A DNA stretch of 64,000 nucleotides from the NCBI GenBank assembly GCA_045531765.1, contig JAZSEQ010000054.1, positions 29,520-93,519 on the forward strand. Direction: 5' to 3'. This stretch comes from Candidatus Cryptobacteroides sp. (GTDB lineage Bacteria > Bacteroidota > Bacteroidia > Bacteroidales > UBA932). The translations under genes and the position numbers were made by a program. Shown here piece after piece: positions 50,176-60,526 of the stretch. A model generated the notes under the pieces. That model worked only from the letters and a program-made list of their open reading frames with translations. It ran no database searches and was not told where the DNA came from. Position 1 is the stretch's first letter, and each line of letters starts with the position of its first letter.

Positions 50176-53100
50176 ATGAATTGGAAAAGGATATTGACGG
50201 TTCTGCTCAAGACGGCAGGATGGGTGGTTGGAATCTGGCTGGCCCTGCTGGTCATTCTCCAGGTGGCGTTATCACCAGCCATACTGACAGAGGTGATAAA
50301 CAGATATGCTGAGGAGAATCTGGAGGCAGACCTGAAATTCGGGAATGCTTATGTGTCTGTATTCGAACGTTTTCCGAAAATCAGTCTCACACTTGAAGAC
50401 TTCTCTCTTACGTATCCCGCCGACAGATTCGACACTGCGGAAACTCTCGGAGCGCAGGGACACCTGATGAAAGCAGGCAAGGGGGAGACGGCAGACACCC
50501 TGGCCTCATTCAGGAGATTTACAGTAGCACTCAGCACACACAACCTCCTGACCGGGACAATAAGACTTCCTTATGTAAGGCTGGATGCTCCGAGGATCTT
50601 CGCTCATGCCTATGCAGACGGCAGCGCCAACTGGAACATATTCGGAAGTCCGGATACAGAAACAATCGAGCCGGAAGCAGAGGACAAGACCACCTCTGAA
50701 CTGCCGGAAATCTCAATAGGGAGGATACGGATTACAGGTAGACCTCATATCGTCTACACAGACAGCAGGGACACCATCTTCGCTTCCATCAACTTAAGGA
50801 AACTGAATTTCGACGGACGTATCCACACGAGGGAAATGTCCAGAAACAGGCTGGGACTGAGTCTCGACAGCATGTTCATTGCAGGAAGACTCAAGAAGGA
50901 CACTCTGGCCCTGGGAGTGGACAATCTGCGTATTGACGAGCATGACAGTCACATGGACCTGCATACGGAGCTCAAGACTTTCCTGGCTACAAGGTCGTTC
51001 GGAAGACTGAAAGTCCCTGTAGTGCTGGACGGCTGTCTGCATTTCCCTAAGGACAGCGTCCCTGCCTTCAGGATAGAGGACTTCAAGGCGGAGATCGCAT
51101 CCATACCGGTAGAGGCGGATGCCCACATCAGACTGATGGAAGGCAAGATAGGCATAAATGCCGATATAAAAATAAACGGGTGCGGGATACAGGGGGTGCT
51201 CGAAAAGTTCGTCGGCAACTTCATACCGGAGGTAAAGGATATCACAACCGATGCTGCGGTGGACATGAATATCGGAATAGACGGGTGCTACGACCACACT
51301 TCAGGCAGGCTCCCGGACATAGATGCGAGAATTATGGTCCCGGAATCTTACAGCAGGCACTCCGCATTTGACCGGGATATCAGGATGGCCATGGAATTGA
51401 GGGCGGTAACCGATATGAACGGAAACATGAACATATCCGTAGACACACTTGACGTGCTGACCGCCGGCGTAGGGCTGAGTGCGACAGGAAGAGTATCGGA
51501 TGTACTGGGAAAAGATCCGGAACTTTATGTCAAAGGTTCCATGAGCGCTGTGTTCGATTCTCTCAAGGCATTTCTCCCGGACACCCTTGACATAGAATCA
51601 CACGGGACACTGACGGCCGGAATAGACGGAAGCATCAGGATGTCAGAGGCCGACATATACAATTTCTCCAAATCAGACCTGACCGGGTTCATCAAAGGAG
51701 ACAGCATCAGGCTTCATTCTCCTGCAGACACCCTGGAATTGACGGTAAAGGGCCTCGACGTGACGCTCGGGCCGGAAAACATAACTTCAAGAAGAGACCC
51801 TGAGCGCAGGCTCCGGCTGATAGGCATCAAGGGGAAGGCTGCCAAAGCAGACATAAAGTATAAAGATGCCTTGACTATACGTGGAAAGGACCTGACGGTA
51901 AGCGCAAAGAACAGCTCCGACCAGGACACGACCAAGGTTACACCTTTAAGCGGAAGATTCAGTGCCGCACAGCTTTCCGTCAGGGACCAGGAATCATCGA
52001 CGATAGTCGTACGCAACACATCCAACTCCTTCATGGTCTTCCCAAAGAAAGGCCAGCCTGAAGTGCCGGTACTTTCACTGACAAGCCGCAACGAAAGGAT
52101 ATTCCTCAGGTCGCAGAGCAACAGGCTCGGGGTATCAGACGCCCGGCTTAGAGTCAGTGCAGCGATGAACACCGTGGAAAGACGCCACCGAAGGGAAGCC
52201 TTCCTCGACTCCTTGGCACGGGTATATCCGGATATTCCACGCGACTCCCTGTTTGCACATTCAAGGTCACAAAGGAGTTCACGCCCCGTCCCTGAATGGC
52301 TCAAGGATGAAGACTTCCGAAAACAGGATATCGACATCAGGCTTGATGAGACCCTGGCCAAATACTTCAGGGAATGGGACCTCAACGGCCGGATCTCAAT
52401 CGGCAAAGGTTTCGTGATGACCCCGATGCTCCCGCTCAGAAATACAATCAGATCTTTCAAGGGACACTTCACGAATAACGAAATAGGACTTGATTCACTG
52501 AAGCTCGTTGCCGGAGATTCAGAGATGGATGTCACAGGAAAACTCACCGGACTCCGAAGGGCGCTGCTCAGGAAGGGGACAATCAAGGCGGAACTTGACA
52601 TGAAGGCTCCGAAAGTGGATGCTTCACAGCTTCTTGCCGCCTACCGGAAAGGTCAGATCCTGTCTGCGGAAAACTTGAAGATCGGTGAAGATGTGAGCGA
52701 CGAGGAATTCCTTGAGATAGTCACAGCCGACACCACGAAGGTGACGGATGAATCGTCTCTGATAGTCATCCCTTCCAACATCAATGCAGACATCAGTCTG
52801 GAAGCTTCGGACATAACCTATCAGGATCTGGATATCAGCAGGATGACAGCGCAGCTCGTCATGAAGGAGAGATGTGTGCAGATCACGAACACATCCGCAG
52901 AAACTAACATGGGTCATATAGGGCTCGATGCCTTCTACTCGACAAAGACCAAGGAAGACCTCACGACAGGATTCAGCATCAGTTTCAAGGACATAACCGC
53001 AGAAAAAGTCATAAACCTGATGCCTGCCGTGGATTCGCTTATGCCTATGCTCAAATCATTCAAGGGACTGCTGAACTGCGAGATGGCAGCCACTGCCCGG

Positions 53101-53727
53101 CTCGACACATCCATGAACCTGGTCATGCCGAGCATCGACGGAATCCTGAGGATAGGAGGTCAGAACCTGACAATCACTGACAGCGACCTTTATAAGTCAT
53201 TGGCCAGCAAGCTGATGTTCAAGAACAAGGAAGAAGGCAAGATAGAAAGCATGACGGTGGAAGGACTGATTAGGAACAGCACGCTCGAAGTATTCCCATT
53301 CATCATGAAGATGGACAGATACACTCTCGCCATGAGCGGAATACAGAATCTTGACCAGTCGTTCAGATATCATGCATCACTTATAAAGTCTCCTTTCCTG
53401 ATCAAACTGGGTGTCGATCTGTATGGGAATGATTTCGACAACATGAAATTCAAGATAGGAAAGGCCAAATACAAGGATGAGAAGGTTCCTGCATTCTCTG
53501 CAGTGATCGACAACACAAAGATAAATCTTGTGAAGTCAATCAAAGGAATTTTCGACAAGGGAGTAGAGAGTGCGGTACAAGAAAACAGGAATGCCACTGC
53601 CTTCAACAACTTCATGCAGAAAATCGGTTACATAAGGGCAATTGACCAGAAGCTTGAAGGACTTTCGGAAGAAGAACAGAAACAGATGGAATCCAAGGGA
53701 AAAACAGAAGAAAACAATCAGCCATGA
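50176..53727 (+). CDS. AsmA-like large periplasmic bridge protein
   Basis: N-terminal TM anchor, FPKISLTL, ANWNIF, long beta-rich body, AsmA-like C-terminus. Confidence 0.75.
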   Translation: MNWKRILTVLLKTAGWVVGIWLALLVILQVALSPAILTEVINRYAEENLEADLKFGNAYVSVFERFPKISLTLEDFSLTYPADRFDTAETLGAQGHLMKAGKGETADTLASFRRFTVALSTHNLLTGTIRLPYVRLDAPRIFAHAYADGSANWNIFGSPDTETIEPEAEDKTTSELPEISIGRIRITGRPHIVYTDSRDTIFASINLRKLNFDGRIHTREMSRNRLGLSLDSMFIAGRLKKDTLALGVDNLRIDEHDSHMDLHTELKTFLATRSFGRLKVPVVLDGCLHFPKDSVPAFRIEDFKAEIASIPVEADAHIRLMEGKIGINADIKINGCGIQGVLEKFVGNFIPEVKDITTDAAVDMNIGIDGCYDHTSGRLPDIDARIMVPESYSRHSAFDRDIRMAMELRAVTDMNGNMNISVDTLDVLTAGVGLSATGRVSDVLGKDPELYVKGSMSAVFDSLKAFLPDTLDIESHGTLTAGIDGSIRMSEADIYNFSKSDLTGFIKGDSIRLHSPADTLELTVKGLDVTLGPENITSRRDPERRLRLIGIKGKAAKADIKYKDALTIRGKDLTVSAKNSSDQDTTKVTPLSGRFSAAQLSVRDQESSTIVVRNTSNSFMVFPKKGQPEVPVLSLTSRNERIFLRSQSNRLGVSDARLRVSAAMNTVERRHRREAFLDSLARVYPDIPRDSLFAHSRSQRSSRPVPEWLKDEDFRKQDIDIRLDETLAKYFREWDLNGRISIGKGFVMTPMLPLRNTIRSFKGHFTNNEIGLDSLKLVAGDSEMDVTGKLTGLRRALLRKGTIKAELDMKAPKVDASQLLAAYRKGQILSAENLKIGEDVSDEEFLEIVTADTTKVTDESSLIVIPSNINADISLEASDITYQDLDISRMTAQLVMKERCVQITNTSAETNMGHIGLDAFYSTKTKEDLTTGFSISFKDITAEKVINLMPAVDSLMPMLKSFKGLLNCEMAATARLDTSMNLVMPSIDGILRIGGQNLTITDSDLYKSLASKLMFKNKEEGKIESMTVEGLIRNSTLEVFPFIMKMDRYTLAMSGIQNLDQSFRYHASLIKSPFLIKLGVDLYGNDFDNMKFKIGKAKYKDEKVPAFSAVIDNTKINLVKSIKGIFDKGVESAVQENRNATAFNNFMQKIGYIRAIDQKLEGLSEEEQKQMESKGKTEENNQP

Positions 53728-54596
53728 ACAGTCAGGAATATATCGAGGTAGCGATAAGGATCAGTCCGTTCAGCGACGAGAATGCTGAAATCATCACAGC
53801 AGAAATCAGCGAGTTGCCTTTTGAATCATTCAGCAGCGAGGCTCCTTTCCTCAACTGCTACATCCAGAAGGAATTATATGACCCACAGGCTCTTAAAGTC
53901 ATAATGGGAGGACTCGAAGACTACGGTTTCCAGACAGAGTACTCGGTGAGGCTCATGCCGGCAGTGAACTGGAACGCAGTGTGGGAAAGTCAGTTTCCTC
54001 CAATTGTCGTGGATGGGAAATGTACGATAAAGGCATCTTTCCATAAGGACCTGAAGAAGACAAGATTCAACATAACCATCGACCCGAAGATGGCTTTCGG
54101 CACCGGACATCACCAGACCACTTACATGATGTGCCGCGCACTTCTGCAGAATGAGGATGCTGTCAGGGGCAAGGTGGTCATGGACATGGGCTGCGGTACC
54201 GCCATACTGGCTATTCTTGCAGCCAAGATGAAGGCTTCACATGTATATGGCATAGACATCGACGCAGTGGCTTCCATATCCGCATATGACAACGCCCGCA
54301 AGAACAGAGTCGGGAAAGTCATGGAAACTTACTGCGGCGATGCATCACTGCTGCAGAGGAACTCATACGACGTCCTTCTTGCCAACATCAACCGCAACAT
54401 ACTGCTGCAGGACATTCCTACATATTCCCTGTGCATCCGCAAAGGAGGCCTGCTGTTTGTCAGCGGCTTCTACGTCGAGGATATGCCGATGATAATAGGG
54501 ATGGCTCAGAACTCCGGTCTGAAATACGTCAGTCACGATTCCATCGACAACTGGTGCTGCGTGAAATTTGAGAAACCGTTTAACGAAACGGAATAG
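53724..54596 (+). CDS. prmA: Ribosomal protein L11 methyltransferase
   Basis: IDPKMAFGTGHHQTT, DMGCGTAILA, LANINRN. Confidence 0.95.
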   Translation: MNSQEYIEVAIRISPFSDENAEIITAEISELPFESFSSEAPFLNCYIQKELYDPQALKVIMGGLEDYGFQTEYSVRLMPAVNWNAVWESQFPPIVVDGKCTIKASFHKDLKKTRFNITIDPKMAFGTGHHQTTYMMCRALLQNEDAVRGKVVMDMGCGTAILAILAAKMKASHVYGIDIDAVASISAYDNARKNRVGKVMETYCGDASLLQRNSYDVLLANINRNILLQDIPTYSLCIRKGGLLFVSGFYVEDMPMIIGMAQNSGLKYVSHDSIDNWCCVKFEKPFNETE

Positions 54597-54641
54597 AATC
54601 CCCGGCTCCCTACCGACCTGCATGACTGGGGGGGAATAATT

Positions 54642-54691
54642 GCAGAAAACGGCATCTTGGCAACACATCCGGAGATGTCGTTTTTTTTGCA
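54642..54691 (+). terminator. Intrinsic terminator after prmA
   Basis: AAAACGGCATCT..AGATGTCGTTTTTTTT hairpin with T-tail. Confidence 0.75.
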
Positions 54692-54775
54692 TATTTTTTG
54701 TAAAGATGGTTGGATTTTAAGATATAGTTATTATATTTGCAATACATTAATTTAGAATTATTAAAAATTAAAACT

Positions 54776-55210
54776 ATGAAGAAGATAACTTTGATGCTGG
54801 CATGCATGCTCGGAATTGCATTGGCAGCAACGGCTGGAGACAAGCCCATATCATTTGACAAGCTGCCTCTTGAGGCAAAGAACTTCATAAACGTAAACTT
54901 CCAGAATGCCAAGGTACTCTACTCGACCGTTGATGACGACTTTTTCCGTCCGGATTACAACGTATCACTCGATAACGGATTCAGAATACAGTTCACCAAC
55001 TCGGGAGCCCTTGAAAAGATCGAGAGCAACACTGCAGCGATACCTCAGGACCTGATCCCGTACCAGATAAGGGACTACGTAAAGGTACACTATCCGGACG
55101 CAACCTTCATGGAATATGAAATCGGACGCAAGTCCTATGAGGTCAAGCTGTCCAACAGGCTCGACCTGAAGTTCAACAAGAAGTTTCACCTGATCGAGAT
55201 AGATGACTGA
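54776..55210 (+). CDS. PepSY-like (BLIP-like) periplasmic protein
   Basis: Signal peptide; LP.EAKNFI...F, IP.QIRDYV..HYP, YEVKLSN.LDLKF repeats. Confidence 0.8.
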   Translation: MKKITLMLACMLGIALAATAGDKPISFDKLPLEAKNFINVNFQNAKVLYSTVDDDFFRPDYNVSLDNGFRIQFTNSGALEKIESNTAAIPQDLIPYQIRDYVKVHYPDATFMEYEIGRKSYEVKLSNRLDLKFNKKFHLIEIDD

Positions 55211-55234
55211 TCATCTTAAATACATCATCATATC

Positions 55235-55696
55235 ATGAAAAGGTTTGTCTTTCTGACAGCAATCCTCCTATCAGTATCTGCTGTCATGTCATGCGACACT
55301 TACGAAGACGGGAAACCTGTCGCAGACGTACTGAATGTATTTGAGAAGATGTATCCAGGTGCACGGGATGTCGAGTGGGAACGCGAAGGACCATATTGGG
55401 AAGTCTCATTTGAAACTGGCTCTTATCCGGACGAGGTGGACCACAGTGCATGGTTCACGACTGACGGGGCATGGGTCAGGACAGAAACGGACATATTCAT
55501 AACGGCTGTGCCGGAAAGCATAATGAAGGCTATCCAGGAATCAGAATATGCATCAGCCGTGCTGGAAGATACCGATGTGGACTACATCCAGACACCGGAA
55601 GGGAACTACTATCAGTTTGACCTTATCTACCAGGGAAGCAGAATAGAAGTCAATGTGACTGAAGACGGTCAGGTTTCCAGAGCATCAGCGTTTTAA
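55235..55696 (+). CDS. PepSY-like lipoprotein
   Basis: Lipobox VMSC; F..MYPGA.DVEWE, AWF..DG.WVRTE, VPE.I. Confidence 0.75.
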   Translation: MKRFVFLTAILLSVSAVMSCDTYEDGKPVADVLNVFEKMYPGARDVEWEREGPYWEVSFETGSYPDEVDHSAWFTTDGAWVRTETDIFITAVPESIMKAIQESEYASAVLEDTDVDYIQTPEGNYYQFDLIYQGSRIEVNVTEDGQVSRASAF

Positions 55697-56722
55697 AGCA
55701 AGATCGGCCATGGCTATTGCGGTCATGGCCTCAACTATCACAGGAACGCGTAGAGCAAAGCATGTATCGTGACGTCCAGGTACTTCGAGAGAGTCCATGA
55801 CACCTTTTTCAAAATTGTATGTGTGCTGGGCCTTGCGGATGCTGGACGTCGGCTTTATTGCCACACGGAATTTCAGAGGGGCACCGTTTGTAATGCCTCC
55901 GTTCGCTCCGCCCGCTCCGTTCTTCAAAGGCCTGCCGTCCGGACCGAATGGATCATTGTGTTCGGAACCCTTCATGGCTGCTGCAGCAAATCCGTCTCCG
56001 AATTCGATTCCTCTCACCCCCGGAATTGCAAAGACAGCATGAGCTATCTGTGACTCCACCCCATCCCAGAACGGCTCGCCGTAACCAGGATCTATTTCAG
56101 GGACGACACACTCCACCACTGCTCCAAGACTGTCACCCTCACTCATAGCCAGGTCAATCGCATGTTTCCACGCGTCAGTGAGCAGACCCTGGCCAGGCAT
56201 AAGCGGATCGTCAGCCAGGGCAATACCTCCCAATTCAACGATTCGGGCACATACAGACTTCACAGGGGTCTCGTCCAATATGGTGGCATCATACAATAAC
56301 TTCTTGGCGACGACCCCGGCAGCGACCACAGGCAGTGTGAGCCTTCCGGAAAAATGCCCGCCTCCACGGGGATCATGACAGTCCTCCCATTTAATGGCAG
56401 CCGCCATATCCGCATGTCCAGGACGAGGCATGGCAGCAAAGAGTTCATAATCATCCGAATGAGTGTTGCCGTTCCTGAAAGCTATTGTCAGAGGGGCACC
56501 TGTCGTGTGGCCTTCAAACACTCCACTGACAATCATAGGTCTGTCCTCTTCAATGCGCGGAGTCGTACCCTTTGACCCGCTCTTCCTGCGAGATATATCC
56601 TCCTCGAAGTCCTTCTCCGAAAGCTCCAGTCCAGCCGGAACACCGTCCAGGACGACACCGATGAGTTCTCCATGGGATTCTCCGAAGATACTGACCCTGA
56701 ATCTGCTGCCAAATGTATTCAT
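55685..56722 (-). CDS. aroC: Chorismate synthase
   Basis: MNTFG, FGESHG, PRPGHAD, GGGHFSGR, KPTSSI, GRHD. Confidence 0.95.
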   Translation of the reverse strand: MNTFGSRFRVSIFGESHGELIGVVLDGVPAGLELSEKDFEEDISRRKSGSKGTTPRIEEDRPMIVSGVFEGHTTGAPLTIAFRNGNTHSDDYELFAAMPRPGHADMAAAIKWEDCHDPRGGGHFSGRLTLPVVAAGVVAKKLLYDATILDETPVKSVCARIVELGGIALADDPLMPGQGLLTDAWKHAIDLAMSEGDSLGAVVECVVPEIDPGYGEPFWDGVESQIAHAVFAIPGVRGIEFGDGFAAAAMKGSEHNDPFGPDGRPLKNGAGGANGGITNGAPLKFRVAIKPTSSIRKAQHTYNFEKGVMDSLEVPGRHDTCFALRVPVIVEAMTAIAMADLALKR

Positions 56723-56760
56723 ATACCGTGTTTTTGCAAAATCATAAATCCATAACACCA

Positions 56761-58881
56761 TCAAAGGATTGACTGCCATGCTTCCCTGAAGCCCGGGAAG
56801 GATTTAGCCACGCAGGCCTCATCGTCAATCGTGATCGGACCGTCAGCACCGAGCTCGGCCACCTTGAGAGCCATAACCATGCGATGGTCATGGTGTGACG
56901 TGTATCTGCCTCCCTTGAGAAGCTTCCCTGCAAGAAGTCTCTGTGCAAGACTCTGTCCTTCAATAAGCATCTCGTCACCTTCGATCCACACATTAACACC
57001 CATCTGGTCAAGCATGCCTGTAATTGCCTTGGCCCTGTCACTCTCCTTGTTGGCAAGACGCCCCACACCTCCAAGACGGCTTGTTCCCTGACAGAATGCC
57101 GCAAGCACGGATATGACCGGGAAAAGGTCAGGGCAATTGGATGCGTCCACGTTGAAAGCCTTGAGCGGAGCACGCTGGACGGTGATATCACCACGGTCGC
57201 CATCCAGTTGTGAAAGGCTGGCGCCTGCATCCATCAGTATATCCATTATTGAAAGGTCAGCCTGAAGGGACGTCGTGTCAAGTCCACGGATTTCAGCCCT
57301 ACCGAAGACAGCCCCTGCCACAAGGAAGTTGGCCGCCGCACTCCAGTCGCCTTCCAGGTCGATGTCAGCCGCCTTGTACCTCTGTCCGCCCTTCACCTTG
57401 AACAGCATCTCGGTACAAAGAGACCAGTCACCGCCTGACTCAAGGAAATCCCTTCCTCCCAACATATCATTGCCTATCCTGATACCGAACTTCTTCAGCA
57501 CCTCAAGGGTAATGAACATATATGGGATACTCTTCGGGTCCTTGACTATCAACGAAGAATTCCTGTCAGCAAACGGAAGCGCCATAAGCAGGCCTGAGAT
57601 AAGCTGGGATCCGTGCTTTCCGGAAATCTCCGCACGACCTGCATTGAGAGGGCCTTCAACAGTCAGAGGTACCCTTATGACATCATCGGATGCGTCTTCA
57701 TGATTCCTTACCGAAGCACCGAGCGCCTCCATTATTTCACGGGCCCCTGTCAGGGGGCGTCCGAGAAGCGTCTTCTCACCTGTGAGCGTCACCGGTGCTG
57801 CACTCAACTGGGCCATCAGAGGGATCATCATCCGGGTCAGCAGCCCCGACTCCCCGACATGAAGGATGTGACTGCCGGAAGGTTCCTCGCCTGAAGAGAT
57901 GATTCTTTCCACGCAACCGGTTGAAGCCCCTATTCCTGTGATAATTACCTCATTACCCTTTAGTTCCACTTCAGCTCCGAGACTTGCGGCCACCTGGAGG
58001 GCAGCGTCATTGTCCCCGCAGGCCGTATAGCCCTTGAGGCGGGAAGTGCCATCCGCAAGAGAGGCTGCGATAATTGCGCGCTGAGCAAAACTTTTAGACG
58101 ACGGCATGACACAAGGAGAGACTTCTTCTGCGTTCCCAGTCCCGATGAACCTGAAGCCGCCATAAACCTTTTCCTTCATCTGCTCCATCGGCCACTGACC
58201 TGGAGCAGCAACGTCGTCCGCATCAGTAGCCGCATATGTAAATGGGGCTCCGTGGCGGAGACATCCGACACGGGATGAGCGTCCTGCCTCACCCATGCAG
58301 AAAGCGATCAGACCGCCGTCGGAAAGGGCGCTCACACCCTCGGATCCGCTTTCACGGCACCAGTCATACAGGGAAAGCACACGTTCAGAATCAGCTTCGG
58401 AACGAGCGGTAGTGACGATCTTCACCATATCTGCACCATGATAGACACACTTCTCGACTATCGCCTTCAAAGCTTCAAAAGAATCCGTGCCCTCGAAATC
58501 ATGATATGAACGTATGAAAACAGTTCCGTTCTCATGGGCGGCATTGCGGACACGCTTGGACATCTGCTTGGAAGCCTCCAGCTCCACATCGACATAACGC
58601 GCTCCCGCTTCAATTGCCCTGACAAGTCTCCTTTCAGCAATCTGCATAGCCTTTATCTCACGGCTCTGAGGAGTCATGGACTCATCCTGAAGAGACGGTT
58701 CGGTTCTTATGAGTTCCGATATCCTGCATGTCGCCACCAGAGGCACATCGCTGGTAAAGAGTTCCTCTATCTCACGGTCACTGAGCCGGCACCGGTCCAG
58801 ACGGATCTCGGCCATCTCGCAACCTTCCAGAGCCTCATATATATGCTCCAGATCCTTGTTCTGTATAGTTGTACAAATCAT
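56761..58881 (-). CDS. aroA: Fused type I 3-dehydroquinase and EPSP synthase (AroD-AroA)
   Basis: N-terminal EIRLD, ATCR, SYHDF, KIVT, FCMG, APGQ; C-terminal PSSKS, GESG, EGDWS, CPDL, KESDR, DHRM. Confidence 0.9.
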   Translation of the reverse strand: MICTTIQNKDLEHIYEALEGCEMAEIRLDRCRLSDREIEELFTSDVPLVATCRISELIRTEPSLQDESMTPQSREIKAMQIAERRLVRAIEAGARYVDVELEASKQMSKRVRNAAHENGTVFIRSYHDFEGTDSFEALKAIVEKCVYHGADMVKIVTTARSEADSERVLSLYDWCRESGSEGVSALSDGGLIAFCMGEAGRSSRVGCLRHGAPFTYAATDADDVAAPGQWPMEQMKEKVYGGFRFIGTGNAEEVSPCVMPSSKSFAQRAIIAASLADGTSRLKGYTACGDNDAALQVAASLGAEVELKGNEVIITGIGASTGCVERIISSGEEPSGSHILHVGESGLLTRMMIPLMAQLSAAPVTLTGEKTLLGRPLTGAREIMEALGASVRNHEDASDDVIRVPLTVEGPLNAGRAEISGKHGSQLISGLLMALPFADRNSSLIVKDPKSIPYMFITLEVLKKFGIRIGNDMLGGRDFLESGGDWSLCTEMLFKVKGGQRYKAADIDLEGDWSAAANFLVAGAVFGRAEIRGLDTTSLQADLSIMDILMDAGASLSQLDGDRGDITVQRAPLKAFNVDASNCPDLFPVISVLAAFCQGTSRLGGVGRLANKESDRAKAITGMLDQMGVNVWIEGDEMLIEGQSLAQRLLAGKLLKGGRYTSHHDHRMVMALKVAELGADGPITIDDEACVAKSFPGFREAWQSIL

Positions 58882-58885
58882 ATTT

Positions 58886-60046
58886 CTACTTCAATAACTT
58901 TACCACTTCCTCAACCGTGAGGGCCTTCACAGTCACATCACCGACAGTCCGAGGCAGCACGAAATGAACCTTTCCGCCCTCGGCCTTCTTATCTTTCTGC
59001 ATCACATAGGCCATTTCATCCACTCCGAAAGGACAATGAGGCGCCAACCCGCAATCCCAGAAGTCTGCCCTCAGCCTGCCCTCAAGAGCCGTCGGTGTCT
59101 CCATATCACCATGAAATATCCTGTCGGACAGACGCGCCGCCAGTACCATTCCCATAGCCACAGCCTCCCCATGGGTGATATCCGAATTCTCAGGAGAGGA
59201 ATCCCCGGTCATCGCTTCACGACGTGCAAGTGACTCTATCGCGTGAGCAAACGTATGGCCCAGATTCAGTTTCCTTCTCTCGCCCCCTTCAAACTGATCC
59301 CGGGAGACCACACCAGCCTTGACCCCGGCCGCAGCAGCAATCAGAGGCACAAGTTCAGGGGTATGGGCCGCCACACAATCGCACCAATAGTCCGCAGCCT
59401 CATCTTCCGGCACAATGCGATACTCCTTCTCCATATCGGAAAGCACCCTGACGGTCTCTTCATAATGTCCGCAATCCGCTATGATGAAAGTCTTAAGCAA
59501 CTCAGCCGCACCTGAACAGAAATCACGATGAGGCAGGCTCTCGAGCACCTGAGGGCAGAGGTATGTAAATTCAGGCTGACGTATCACCCCAAGCATATTC
59601 TTATAGCGTTCGAAATTCACGCCGGTCTTGCCGCCGATGGCCGCGTCCACCTGTGCAAGAAGCGTGGTGGGAACATAGGCGAAACGGACTCCCCTCTTAT
59701 AGATCGAAGCCGCGAAACCGACCAGATCACTGGTGATTCCACCGCCGACAGCCAGGACAAGAGCATCCCTGTCCGCTCCGTTATCCAAAAGCCAGCCACA
59801 GATATCCATCACCATCTCCATATTCTTGCGGGACTCGGAAGTCTCTATCAGCATCCCGGGAACATCCATGCGGTTCATTATCTGAGCGATTTCCTGAGCG
59901 GCGGGGCACTGCATCGCCACATTAGAGTCCATCACCGCAAACACATGGGGATATGCTTCAAGACAGGAAAGCAGACCACCCATTCCATCCTCCACGACAA
60001 TACGGCTGATTACCTTCCCTTCTGAATATACTTTGATCTCATCCAT
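58886..60046 (-). CDS. aroB: 3-dehydroquinate synthase
   Basis: GGGITSDL, PTTLLAQVDAAIGGKTG, LNLGHTFAHAIE, HGEAVA, DKK. Confidence 0.95.
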   Translation of the reverse strand: MDEIKVYSEGKVISRIVVEDGMGGLLSCLEAYPHVFAVMDSNVAMQCPAAQEIAQIMNRMDVPGMLIETSESRKNMEMVMDICGWLLDNGADRDALVLAVGGGITSDLVGFAASIYKRGVRFAYVPTTLLAQVDAAIGGKTGVNFERYKNMLGVIRQPEFTYLCPQVLESLPHRDFCSGAAELLKTFIIADCGHYEETVRVLSDMEKEYRIVPEDEAADYWCDCVAAHTPELVPLIAAAAGVKAGVVSRDQFEGGERRKLNLGHTFAHAIESLARREAMTGDSSPENSDITHGEAVAMGMVLAARLSDRIFHGDMETPTALEGRLRADFWDCGLAPHCPFGVDEMAYVMQKDKKAEGGKVHFVLPRTVGDVTVKALTVEEVVKLLK

Positions 60047-60180
60047 AACTGATTTTTCATATAACTTACAAACTTAAGCAAAAACTTCCGTATTTTCTTC
60101 CGTTACAATCAAAATCAACCTGCTGACATCAAAATCGGAGCACGGCTCACTAAATATTTTGGATTTTCCAAAAAATCCGA

Positions 60181-60188
60181 TACCTTTG
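60181..60188 (+). promoter_or_regulatory. -7 promoter element for the tRNA-Leu transcript
   Basis: TACCTTTG with TTTG about 20 bp upstream (60158-60161). Confidence 0.7.
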
Positions 60189-60325
60189 CAATCCTCAACA
60201 CAAGAAGTGCTTACTTTCAGTCCTGGTATGATCGTCAGCTTCCGTCCTGCACACGGCACCAAGCCCTCAGACGCACGACATCCGAACGAAGCCACACGCC
60301 CACAGGCAACAGAAACAGCACACCA

Positions 60326-60410
60326 GCCCGGATGGCGGAATCGGTAGACGCGCTGGTCTCAAACACCAGTGGAGCAATCCGTGCCGGTTCGATCCCGGCT
60401 CCGGGTACCA
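60326..60410 (+). tRNA. tRNA-Leu (CAA)
   Basis: Acceptor stem GCCCGGA/TCCGGGT, anticodon arm CTGGT-CTCAAAC-ACCAG, long variable arm, GGTTCGATCC T-arm, encoded CCA. Confidence 0.98.
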
Positions 60411-60526
60411 AACAAATCGCAAATCATTGATTTTCAAGGATTTGCGATTTTTCTTTTGGGATTTGCACCACGGTTGCACCACAGAATGGAGTCATTTAAG
60501 CCGAAGTCCCGACATTTTCACATCTT

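Noticed and set aside
54597-54691. Possible SRP RNA or riboswitch after prmA
   Set aside because: No SRP core motif; explained by a terminator hairpin.
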